64,000 nt of DNA from a virus (Duplodnaviria; Heunggongvirae; Uroviricota; Caudoviricetes): IMG/VR virus record IMGVR_UViG_3300020050_014748; one strand, 5' to 3'. Below, piece after piece: positions 9,965-17,157 of the stretch. Each line of letters starts with the position of its first letter. Position 1 is the first letter of the stretch. A program made the translations under genes and the position numbers. Below the pieces are notes generated by a model. It was not told where the DNA came from, made no database searches, and saw only the letters and a list, made by a program, of their open reading frames with translations.

Positions 9965-9984
9965 AATCTGTTTATTTATTAATT

Positions 9985-10014
9985 ACATTATACTCCGGTA
10001 TATTAAAAAAGTAA
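9985..10014 (-). promoter_or_regulatory. promoter family variant (TTTACT -35, TATAAT -10, spacer ...TATACCGGAG)
   Basis: Same architecture as the family, with substitutions in the spacer and the -35. Confidence 0.45.
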
Positions 10015-10019
10015 ATATA

Positions 10020-10256
10020 TTAAAACTTATAAACAAATGAGACAAACTTTTCACCGTGATGTCTATGGTGATACACATAACCAACCTTGTAACAAAACCT
10101 CCTATTCTCACAATTCAATAAAAATTTAAACGCAACATTTGATGAGTTGCGATAAAGGTGTTGGTCAACATAATGGTGACCACGGAAACTCCAGTGATAA
10201 TTCTGTGCCAACACCCTCCCAGAGAGCATTACGGCTAAAAGTACAATCTTTTTCAT
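10020..10256 (-). CDS. small secreted protein (signal peptide MKKIVLLAVMLSGRVLAQ)
   Basis: N-terminal signal-peptide-like segment. Confidence 0.4.
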   Translation of the reverse strand: MKKIVLLAVMLSGRVLAQNYHWSFRGHHYVDQHLYRNSSNVAFKFLLNCENRRFCYKVGYVYHHRHHGEKFVSFVYKF

Positions 10257-10258
10257 TT

Positions 10259-10273
10259 ATTATATTATACCAT
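10259..10273 (-). promoter_or_regulatory. extended -10 promoter (TGGTATAAT) placed for a leaderless transcript of 10020..10256
   Basis: Minus strand reads ATGGTATAATATAATAAATG; the ATG lies about 7 nt after the -10. Confidence 0.35.
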
Positions 10274-10276
10274 AAA

Positions 10277-10303
10277 AAATAACCCTCAAGAAAGGGTTAT
10301 TAA
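10277..10303 (-). terminator. rho-independent terminator after the lysozyme-like gene
   Basis: AATAACCCT-CAAGAA-AGGGTTATT hairpin followed by a T-run on the minus strand. Confidence 0.55.
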
Positions 10304-10374
10304 AAAATGATCTGTAGCCACTAAATACTTTATAAAATAAAATGTGTTATTTGTTGCGAGATCTTTTTGTAAAA

Positions 10375-10902
10375 CTATTTACATGTAACTGTAAAGTTTT
10401 TCTTTAGAAGCTTAGAGTAGAAAGAATATGTTCCACCATTTTTATATGAAACATATGTTGACCATTGGTTTTTATAAGAGTTACCCTTAGAAAAAGCCCA
10501 AGACATCATTTTTATTTGATCATAAGAAGAATTGTAATCTAAACTTTCATTATTTTCCTTCTTATATTTAACCAACCAAAAATCAAACGTCTTTTTATGG
10601 ATACCTGTTACACCCTTACCATGACCGCCATCATGAACAACGTTTTTAAATTTGCTTTCGCAGTACGCTATTTTTGATATAAGTTTAGGGTCTTGATTAA
10701 ACATTGGAGCCACTTCTTCAATAATTTGAGGAATGGTCATTTTGTCTCTTTTTTCCTTCAAGACCTGTTCGGGTGTTAACTCTAACACAATTGACTCTTT
10801 AATGTTTTCATCCTTTATGGGGACATCGAGAGTTTGTGCGTATGATATTGCACCATATCCTATTACAGATATTAGTACAAATAATATAAATGTTCTTAAC
10901 AT
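10375..10902 (-). CDS. lysozyme-like / transglycosylase-like protein with N-terminal signal anchor
   Basis: N-terminal TM segment. The IAYCESKF...HDGGHGKGVTG segment resembles the SLT/transglycosylase 'ES' active-site region. Sits next to the holin-like and amidase genes. Confidence 0.4.
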   Translation of the reverse strand: MLRTFILFVLISVIGYGAISYAQTLDVPIKDENIKESIVLELTPEQVLKEKRDKMTIPQIIEEVAPMFNQDPKLISKIAYCESKFKNVVHDGGHGKGVTGIHKKTFDFWLVKYKKENNESLDYNSSYDQIKMMSWAFSKGNSYKNQWSTYVSYKNGGTYSFYSKLLKKNFTVTCK

Positions 10903-10925
10903 AGTATCGGGGAAGCCCCGACAGG

Positions 10926-11111
10926 CTATACGATCTCTTTCGAAGTACTTGCTCTTAGCATAAAATCTATAACAGATTTTCCAACAGCAATGAATCCGAT
11001 AGTTTGAATAGTTGGGTCTACTGCAAAAATAGCAGCCATAACTCCAGCAATTCCCTGCAGGATCGCAATCCCTACAGTTCTACTTTGATACCACGGTTTT
11101 ACGTCTTTCAT
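10926..11111 (-). CDS. holin-like small membrane protein (2 TM)
   Basis: 61 aa, two hydrophobic helices, charged C-terminus; located between the amidase and lysozyme-like genes. Confidence 0.4.
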   Translation of the reverse strand: MKDVKPWYQSRTVGIAILQGIAGVMAAIFAVDPTIQTIGFIAVGKSVIDFMLRASTSKEIV

Positions 11112-11169
11112 AACAATTTTAAGTGGATTAGCCCACGAGGATAAAACGTTAATTTCTTATCCTATGATT

Positions 11170-11201
11170 ACATTATACTCTAGTATATTGAAAAAGTAAA
11201 C
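11170..11201 (-). promoter_or_regulatory. promoter family variant (TTTACT-N17-TATAAT)
   Basis: Minus strand reads GTTTACTTTTTCAATATACTAGAGTATAATGT. Confidence 0.45.
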
Positions 11202-11205
11202 TTGA

Positions 11206-11820
11206 CTATATTGAATTCATGTACTTTAATACTTTTTCCAATTTAGACTTAGGAACCATAACTTGGATCATTTCTTCCTTAACTTGTGGAATTATCCTTT
11301 TTATAACATCCTGAACAACATCAGATAGATTATCGCCCTTATAAGAGGCTATATCTGTGTGAGTGAGTATTGTATCAGCTTTTAATGGAACTTCGCTCTG
11401 TGAGGCTTGTAGGAGCTCACAGAGGGCTTTTAATTGCCATTCTGTGAGTGTTTTATCTATGGCGGTTATTTTCCCATCGCCATTAACATCATACCCCCAA
11501 GCCATTTCTACTCCAACAAAGAATTTGTTAGGATTATCAAAGTTTCCATCTAATTTCTTAGGTAGAACCTTTCTAGCGCGTTCGTTGGGATTTGATACAT
11601 TACCAGCGTGCCATGCAACGTCCTGTATTTTTACAAGCTGAAAAATTTCACCTTCATTTCTTCCTATAACAAAATGAGCTGACGAACGATTTTCACGATT
11701 ACCGTTAGATAACCATTCTATAGCACCCTTATAAGCACCTAGCGTACCGTGAATCACCCACCCAATCTTTTTTTCTTTCCCTATTGAGTAATTAGGGGTT
11801 TGTTTAAATGGTATTTGCAT
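11206..11820 (-). CDS. N-acetylmuramoyl-L-alanine amidase (Amidase_2/PGRP family), endolysin candidate
   Basis: WVIHGT, SAHFVIGRNGEIFQLV, AWHAGN and GVEMA motifs are typical of T7-lysozyme/PGRP amidases. Confidence 0.75.
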   Translation of the reverse strand: MQIPFKQTPNYSIGKEKKIGWVIHGTLGAYKGAIEWLSNGNRENRSSAHFVIGRNEGEIFQLVKIQDVAWHAGNVSNPNERARKVLPKKLDGNFDNPNKFFVGVEMAWGYDVNGDGKITAIDKTLTEWQLKALCELLQASQSEVPLKADTILTHTDIASYKGDNLSDVVQDVIKRIIPQVKEEMIQVMVPKSKLEKVLKYMNSI

Positions 11821-11843
11821 TTAAACATTATAACATAAAGACC

Positions 11844-12056
11844 CTAAATCTCTGTTCTGTGGGATGCACACTTCTTAGAACAAAACTTCCTGCCTATACT
11901 GGCAATATATTCAGAAACTCTAAAAGTTGATTTACAAAAATCACACTTTAATTCAACAAAAACTTTTACTTCTTTCTTCCTTTTAACTATTTGTATCTTT
12001 TGTTTTGGTAAACCAAAAACATAAAAGAAATCTTGTGGTTTTAATCTTTTGTACAT
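11844..12056 (-). CDS. small zinc-ribbon protein
   Basis: CDFC...CSKKC motifs. Confidence 0.35.
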   Translation of the reverse strand: MYKRLKPQDFFYVFGLPKQKIQIVKRKKEVKVFVELKCDFCKSTFRVSEYIASIGRKFCSKKCASHRTEI

Positions 12057-12058
12057 AG

Positions 12059-12133
12059 TCGGTCTGACTGGATTTGAACCAGTACTCGATCCCTTTTGAG
12101 GGGAGTGTCTCTACCAAATTGGACTACAGACCG
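12059..12133 (-). tRNA. tRNA, anticodon tentatively CAA (reads Leu UUG) but with a short variable loop
   Basis: Reverse complement gives acceptor CGGTCTG/CAGACCG, T-arm ACTGG-TTCAAAT-CCAGT, anticodon loop CTCAAAA and discriminator A. No encoded CCA. Confidence 0.6.
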
Positions 12134-12209
12134 GTAATGTAGAGCAATACCATTCTTGTCAGCTCATAGCTCTGACCGCATGAGTATCAAATTTGGTTTC
12201 TCTACATTG

Positions 12210-12283
12210 TCCGCCCAGCTAGATTCGAACTAGCACTGTGTGGGGTTTAAGTCCACTTCCTCTGCCGATTGGGATATGGGCGG
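12210..12283 (-). tRNA. tRNA, anticodon tentatively UAA (reads Leu UUA), short variable loop
   Basis: Acceptor CCGCCCA/TGGGCGG, T-arm GCTAG-TTCGAAT-CTAGC, anticodon stem GTGGA/CCCAC with loop CTTAAAC, discriminator A. Confidence 0.6.
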
Positions 12284-12304
12284 ATATTTAAATTTAAAAA
12301 CTAG

Positions 12305-12379
12305 TACCCCCGATGTGATTCGAACACATACTATCACGTTTCTAAGACGTGCGACTCCTTCCAGTTGGTCTACAGGGGC
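12305..12379 (-). tRNA. tRNA, anticodon tentatively UAG (reads Leu CUA), short variable loop
   Basis: Acceptor GCCCCTG/CGGGGGT with two G-U pairs, perfect anticodon stem CACGT/ACGTG with loop CTTAGAA, T-arm ATGTG-TTCGAAT-CACAT, discriminator A. Confidence 0.6.
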
Positions 12380-12542
12380 ATTTGCCATTCCAATATTTTT
12401 TAAAGAAGACTATTTCATGGCTCGATAAACTTCTAGTGAGTTTTTGTTGTTTTTGTTTTCTCACTGTATCGTGTTAGGTTTACGGATTTCTCCAGGTGTG
12501 TACCTTACGGCCTCTTACCCCAAGTATTCCACGATATAAAAA

Positions 12543-12779
12543 CTATTTCAAGTCTAATGCTCTAGTTAGTTCATCTTTAGAGAACCCAACAATAACCTTA
12601 TCGTCAATCGTTATAACAGGGACTCCTAGTTGCCCACTTTTTTCAATCATTTCTTTTTTCTTATCTGCATCTTCTGAAACATTAACTTCCTCAAATTCAA
12701 CTCCGTTTTCTTTTAAGAAATCTTTTGCAACAACACAATACTTACATGTTGGTGTACTGTATACTGTAACTTTTGACAT
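12543..12779 (-). CDS. glutaredoxin-like protein
   Basis: 78 aa with TCKYC active site, GVPVI and GF motifs; glutaredoxin/NrdH fold. Confidence 0.7.
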   Translation of the reverse strand: MSKVTVYSTPTCKYCVVAKDFLKENGVEFEEVNVSEDADKKKEMIEKSGQLGVPVITIDDKVIVGFSKDELTRALDLK

Positions 12780-12792
12780 AATTTTTTATTGG

Positions 12793-13080
12793 TTAACTTT
12801 GTAATTTACTTTCTCTTATTTTCTTAACATCTATTTTTGATTTTTCCCTGTGACATAATACACATAATATCTGACACTTAGAAACCTCAGATTCTCTTCT
12901 TTCTAACGAAAAACTCCAAATTCTATGTGTAACCTTTTTTGATGGATCAACATGATCAAGTTCGAGATTTTCTTTAGAATTACATTTAATACATTTCTTA
13001 TCTTTAAAAAACTCAAAACGTCTTCTTGCACACCATTCTCTTTGATATTTTCTTTTTGTTTCTATATTTTTCCAGGGCAT
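12793..13080 (-). CDS. HNH endonuclease
   Basis: LELDHVDP...CQILCVLCHREK His-Me finger. Confidence 0.6.
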   Translation of the reverse strand: MPWKNIETKRKYQREWCARRRFEFFKDKKCIKCNSKENLELDHVDPSKKVTHRIWSFSLERRESEVSKCQILCVLCHREKSKIDVKKIRESKLQS

Positions 13081-13107
13081 ATTTTACATATTATATTTAT
13101 AAAACAG

Positions 13108-13186
13108 TGCGTATGGTTTGAATCGAACAAACTCTCCCGAAGGCATAGATTTACAGTCTACTGTCCAACCATTGAACATCATACGC
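13108..13186 (-). tRNA. tRNA-Tyr (GUA), class II with long variable arm
   Basis: Acceptor GCGTATG/CATACGC, D-stem GTTC/GGAC, anticodon loop CTGTAAA, 13-nt variable arm GCCTTCGGGAGAG, T-arm GTTTG-TTCGATT-CAAAC. Confidence 0.75.
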
Positions 13187-13190
13187 ATGG

Positions 13191-13262
13191 CTAGCGGGCT
13201 AGGGGTCGGACCTAGAATCTATTGTTTCAAAGACAATCGTGTTACCATTACACTACCCACTA
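13191..13262 (-). tRNA. tRNA-Gln (UUG)
   Basis: Acceptor TAGTGGG/CCCGCTA, D-arm GTGT-AATGGTA-ACAC, anticodon stem ATTGT/ACAAT with loop CTTTGAA. The T-loop TCCGACC is atypical at position 55. Confidence 0.6.
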
Positions 13263-13675
13263 TTTTTTGATCTTTTAAAAGTTCTTATCCTGTGACAATT
13301 AGAACAAACAACTTCACATTTTTTAATCTCTTCTAAAATAATTTTTATGGAACATTTTATATTAACCGCATTAGACACTAGAAATTTTTTATCACGTATA
13401 TGATCAAAATCCATAACATAATAAGGATATATAATTCCACAATCAAAACATGGTTTATTTTTAGCTTCTTTTACTATTCTATGAATATACTCTGAACGTT
13501 TTTTATTATTTATTTTAAGTCTAGATTTTTCATTACCGTTCAAATAGTAAATATGTTTATAATAATCATTCCAACATTTTTTACACATAGAACCTAACCC
13601 GTCTTTTTTAGATTTATTTTTACTAAATTTATCAATTGATAAATTTAAATTACATTTATAACATTTCTTTTTCAT
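13253..13675 (-). CDS. HNH endonuclease with N-terminal zinc finger
   Basis: CYKCN...CKKC zinc finger, then MDFDHIRD...CEVVCSNCHRIR HNH motif. Confidence 0.6.
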   Translation of the reverse strand: MKKKCYKCNLNLSIDKFSKNKSKKDGLGSMCKKCWNDYYKHIYYLNGNEKSRLKINNKKRSEYIHRIVKEAKNKPCFDCGIIYPYYVMDFDHIRDKKFLVSNAVNIKCSIKIILEEIKKCEVVCSNCHRIRTFKRSKNSG

Positions 13676-13695
13676 AATTTTTATTACTCACCTAG

Positions 13696-13767
13696 TAGCG
13701 GGCCCCAGTAACGATCTGGATTTTTCAAAGTTATGAGCCTTGTGGGATCCCTGACCCCCCGCCCGCT
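13696..13767 (-). tRNA. tRNA with CAU anticodon (Met or Ile2), atypical T-loop
   Basis: Acceptor AGCGGGC/GCCCGCT, D-arm GGGG-TCAGGGA-TCCC, anticodon stem CAAGG/CTTTG with loop CTCATAA. The T-loop ATCGTTA is non-canonical. Confidence 0.45.
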
Positions 13768-13798
13768 ATTTAGGTAGATTTCTCTACCTAAAAACTAA

Positions 13799-13969
13799 CT
13801 ATTCACAAGAATCACACTTCACTGCATCCTGTGGATCTTCAGGCATAGAATCAATAGACTCTACAGCTTCTTGAACAGAATCAACAGTTTCAGTAACTTC
13901 TTCCATTGCAGGCTGTGCGTCTACAACTTCTACAGTTTCTTCAACTACAACATTTTCGTTATTTTCCAT
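13799..13969 (-). CDS. small highly acidic protein (56 aa, MENNENVVVEETVEVVDAQPAMEEV...)
   Basis: Manual translation of a minus-strand ORF between two tRNAs; about 40% Asp/Glu. Confidence 0.3.
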   Translation of the reverse strand: MENNENVVVEETVEVVDAQPAMEEVTETVDSVQEAVESIDSMPEDPQDAVKCDSCE

Positions 13970-13993
13970 ATTGTTTTAAAAATTAATTAATAA

Positions 13994-14067
13994 TGGTCAG
14001 AGATGAGAGAATCGAACTCCCGACTTACCCGTCCAAGGGGCATATGATACCATTTCAACAATCTCTG
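13994..14067 (-). tRNA. tRNA-Pro (UGG) with encoded CCA
   Basis: Acceptor CAGAGAT/ATCTCTG, anticodon stem TGCCC/GGGTA with loop CTTGGAC, T-arm GGGAG-TTCGATT-CTCTC, 3' ACCA. Confidence 0.7.
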
Positions 14068-15107
14068 TGGTGAACCATGCTTGCTAAGCCTGTGGTATAT
14101 GCCTTTAAGTATTTCTACCGGCAATCTTTTCTCTGGTACTAGCTTTGTGTACATTATTGGGTCAGTCAACCCGCGCCCCAATCTTCCTTCAGGTGGACGT
14201 GTAGGGAGTTACACCCTAATCTTTAATCGGTATCTTAACTTAATCTACATTGCCTGTCTGAATATACATCAGCGGTTTCCGCTTGGTTCACCAGCATATT
14301 TTATTTTTTTATCACTTCCGTATAATAAAAAAACTCCGAAAGCTATCTTGCAAATATTATGCGTACATCCACACTGCAAGAGTTATGTGGAGTACACACC
14401 GCTAGGCTGTTACGAGACCGAAGTCTGCGAAAGAGAAAAACGGAGAAACGATAGACTGGTTTGAGTTTATCAAGAGATCACTTTTAAGAGATATGATCAT
14501 ACTCTGCTATGCAAAATTAAAATAAACAACTAAATCGAAATTCGTCACGCCCAAGTGCAGGCCACGCGCTACCCATCACGGTTTCAAGTATACCCCTTGG
14601 TTTCACTCCAAAGTTACAACTATACCGTGCCTCACTACAGCCCCCATTTTTATCTGGGCTCTATAGAAGCCTTGTCCGCCTGCGAAACATTTAATTTTAA
14701 TGAACTGCGAGCCGACCTAGACTTGCACTAGGACGAACGGTTTTGGAGACCGAAATGCTGCTATTACATCATCGACTCAAGATATGTGAGTACGATATAT
14801 TGCTGAGTGCTATATAAACAAAACTTCAGTCAATCATAACGACAACACCACATATCCTCATTATTGCGACAATGGATAAGAGAAGCCTTAGCTGTTCTGT
14901 CCACTGCAATAATGAGAGTGTTACAGTAATGTAACACATGTGCGAGATAAGAGACTTGGACTCTTTTTTTCAGTTTGGAAAACTGACGTAATACCGTATA
15001 TACCAATCTCGCATAACTAATGGGACTTTAACAAAATAAATCATAATATGATTTAACCTGGTTTATTTCATTCACCAGAATCCCACTAATTCTCATCACT
15101 TACAAAT
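14068..15107 (-). ncRNA. candidate large structured non-coding RNA (about 1 kb, ORF-free, locally GC-enriched), transcribed from the consensus promoter at 15108-15139 toward the tRNA cluster
   Basis: No ORF of 60 aa or more on either strand across about 1 kb in an otherwise gene-dense genome. GC is higher than the flanks. Long-range helix TGGTGAACCA (14068-14077) pairs with TGGTTCACCA (14275-14284). Perfect hairpins include GTGTTACA-GTAA-TGTAACAC near 14925-14944. A family promoter lies immediately upstream on the minus strand and tRNA-Pro immediately downstream. Confidence 0.35.
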
Positions 15108-15139
15108 CCATTATACTCCCCTATACTAAAGAAGTCAAG
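15108..15139 (-). promoter_or_regulatory. promoter family copy with no protein gene downstream (drives the ORF-free region and tRNA cluster)
   Basis: Minus strand reads CTTGACTTCTTTAGTATAGGGGAGTATAATGG. Confidence 0.6.
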
Positions 15140-15160
15140 ACTATTATTCTACCATAAGTT

Positions 15161-15409
15161 TTACTTTCCCTTTCTTTTATTATTTGTCTGATCAGACTTC
15201 TCGTAAAACTCTATTATCTGATTAAGGAAAATAACGTGCTTTTTAATCTGTTCTAATTCTCTTTTGAATTGATATAAATACCACTCTTTACTTCCTTTTT
15301 CAGAATTCCATATCTTATTTAATAAACCCTTTATTTTATTACTCACCTTATCAAGACTCCATCTTTTAGGGGCGTAATGATTTTTTGTATTTTTCTTTAA
15401 ATTTACCAT
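15161..15409 (-). CDS. hypothetical protein
   Basis: ORF. Confidence 0.4.
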   Translation of the reverse strand: MVNLKKNTKNHYAPKRWSLDKVSNKIKGLLNKIWNSEKGSKEWYLYQFKRELEQIKKHVIFLNQIIEFYEKSDQTNNKRKGK

Positions 15410-15412
15410 ATT

Positions 15413-15886
15413 TTAATCACTGAGATGTTTAATTACATCATCAGCTATTTCTTTTGTAATTCCAGTTTTCCAAGACGTCTGAAAGAAGTTTTCTTGTTGC
15501 TCTGGTAGCATATCATTTTCATCATCTAGTATCGCATACTTCTCAACCTCTGGATGTTTATCCAACCATGCTTTAATTTCTCTTCCACGTTGACAGTTTT
15601 CTATTCCTCTTGGTCTGCTTGGGTCAAGCGGTTCACTTCCTGTTATGTCCAACAATGGTACAAGTTGTTTATTTATTTGCTCAACACTTTCAGGGTGGTG
15701 TCGCCACGATGATGATAAAACAACTTTGCAATTTGTATCTAGTTGTATTTTACCTACAAGAAAAGCCATATATGCATCAACAGGGAAATCTGTTTTAAAT
15801 AAACCACGTTTGTAGCAAGCCTCACTGTTCACTACACCGTCCATATCAAGAAACAACACCTTTATTTTTTCATTTATTTTATTCAC
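15413..15886 (-). CDS. HAD-superfamily phosphatase-like protein
   Basis: N-terminal VLFLDMDGVVN (DxDG motif I) and a downstream DD motif. Confidence 0.55.
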   Translation of the reverse strand: MNKINEKIKVLFLDMDGVVNSEACYKRGLFKTDFPVDAYMAFLVGKIQLDTNCKVVLSSSWRHHPESVEQINKQLVPLLDITGSEPLDPSRPRGIENCQRGREIKAWLDKHPEVEKYAILDDENDMLPEQQENFFQTSWKTGITKEIADDVIKHLSD

Positions 15887-16322
15887 CTCTTTTTATTATT
15901 TTACTTCCCTTAAGTATATCAAGTAAGTATCCATTAGAATTAAATTTAATAGCATTGAGACAATCTTCAATAGTTACCTCATCGCCCTTTTCATCTAATA
16001 CCTTATAGCCACGATGTATTAATCTAAAATCATTAATGTGTCTTACTAAAGACTTTGCCAATTCGTCTTTAGGTATACCTTTCTGCCAATTATCACTATC
16101 TCTCAATGATCCATCTTCCATCATCCTATGGCCGTGCATGTATTTAGCAAAAGAGTGATCAACAACTGGATTATTAAATCCTTCGTAATCAAATTTGCCT
16201 GCATCTGAATTCCTACTAGCACCACTAGTAAATACTCTTATTTTATTTTTAGAAATATTCACTTTCTTCTTCATCTTCTTCTTGTTCGTTTGTTTCATTG
16301 TTTGATTGATTATTTGTTTCAT
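15879..16322 (-). CDS. hypothetical protein (true start probably an internal Met; overlaps the upstream ORF)
   Basis: ORF with a 74-nt overlap with 16249..16839. Confidence 0.4.
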   Translation of the reverse strand: MKQIINQTMKQTNKKKMKKKVNISKNKIRVFTSGASRNSDAGKFDYEGFNNPVVDHSFAKYMHGHRMMEDGSLRDSDNWQKGIPKDELAKSLVRHINDFRLIHRGYKVLDEKGDEVTIEDCLNAIKFNSNGYLLDILKGSKIIKRGE

Positions 16323-16839
16323 TTTCTGGTAATATACCTAAAGAGTTTAATGCCTCGTTATACATAAATCTTTCTCGTGTTCGTACACCCTCTGGACCAG
16401 GAGGCACAGGTGGGCTATATGATGGTTGTGACAAAGATGGGTTTTCCAAAATACGGCGAAGTGAACTAATTTGAGCAAGTGATAATTGATGTGTGTATTG
16501 TACCCCATCTACATAATAAAATAATTTATTATTTCCAACTAATGTAATACCACGAGGCACATCACCTATAACAATATTGGAATGACCCAAAAAACGAATA
16601 GGGACAGATGTGAAATAATAATTATTAGATGGGTCAACAGTCACAATGGGGTCATTTATACGTGGACGCAAAGCTTCTTCATAATCTTGAAATTGAACCA
16701 TAGCGGGATCTGTGTATGGTATTTCTTGTATTTCACCAATCTGGTGACTGGTAATACCCCCCCCACCAAGAGTATTCCTCACAGCGTCATTAATATGATC
16801 AAGTGTCATACCGATCATTGGGTTATATTCATTTTCCAT
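16249..16839 (-). CDS. hypothetical protein with acidic C-terminal tail
   Basis: ORF; C-terminus is NETNEQEEDEEESEYF. Confidence 0.4.
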   Translation of the reverse strand: MENEYNPMIGMTLDHINDAVRNTLGGGGITSHQIGEIQEIPYTDPAMVQFQDYEEALRPRINDPIVTVDPSNNYYFTSVPIRFLGHSNIVIGDVPRGITLVGNNKLFYYVDGVQYTHQLSLAQISSLRRILENPSLSQPSYSPPVPPGPEGVRTRERFMYNEALNSLGILPENETNNQSNNETNEQEEDEEESEYF

Positions 16840-16847
16840 ATAATAGC

Positions 16848-17156
16848 CTAAGAATACAACTCAACGCACTCTTGTATTTTTTTTGACTTATAATTTTCTT
16901 CAACACACTGACTTCTAATTTCACTATTATCAATACCGTAACATGGGTCATTAGAAGTATTCACATCGACACTTTCTGTTGTTTTTTGTATTGCAGATTT
17001 TTCAAACTTTGAATTTCTGTCATCAAGATAAGTACTATTAATTACATCTTTTGATTCTTTATTTTCAGATACCGAAGCCAAGATTACAGAAATAAGTATC
17101 CCCATGATAGCAATTATTGTTAATACCTCTATTAATGTAAAACCTTTATTTTTCAT
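16848..17156 (-). CDS. type IV prepilin-like protein (class III signal peptide)
   Basis: MKNKG|FTLIEVLTIIAIMGILISV matches the prepilin peptidase site G|FTLIE with Glu at +5 and a hydrophobic helix. Confidence 0.55.
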   Translation of the reverse strand: MKNKGFTLIEVLTIIAIMGILISVILASVSENKESKDVINSTYLDDRNSKFEKSAIQKTTESVDVNTSNDPCYGIDNSEIRSQCVEENYKSKKIQECVELYS

Positions 17157-17157
17157 A

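Noticed and set aside
12134-12208. A seventh canonical tRNA between tRNA1 and tRNA2
   Set aside because: It is exactly 75 nt with a 7-bp acceptor-like inverted repeat (TGTAGAG/CTCTACA), but no T-loop (GTTCRANYC) or sensible D-arm could be folded on either strand. It may be a degenerate tRNA or processing spacer and is reported only inside the tRNA-island finding.
13987-14464. ORFs 13987-14181 (-) and 14081-14464 (+)
   Set aside because: They overlap tRNA-Pro and the structured ORF-free region; the translations are low complexity. More likely this is an RNA gene region.
14068-15107. tmRNA, RNase P RNA, rRNA fragment or group II intron as the identity of the ORF-free region
   Set aside because: I could not find the tmRNA tag-reading frame, a GGGG start with a T-arm/CCA end, the RNase P CR-I (AGGAAAGUCCGG), domain V of group II introns or rRNA universal segments by eye. 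The class is left open and cmsearch is needed.
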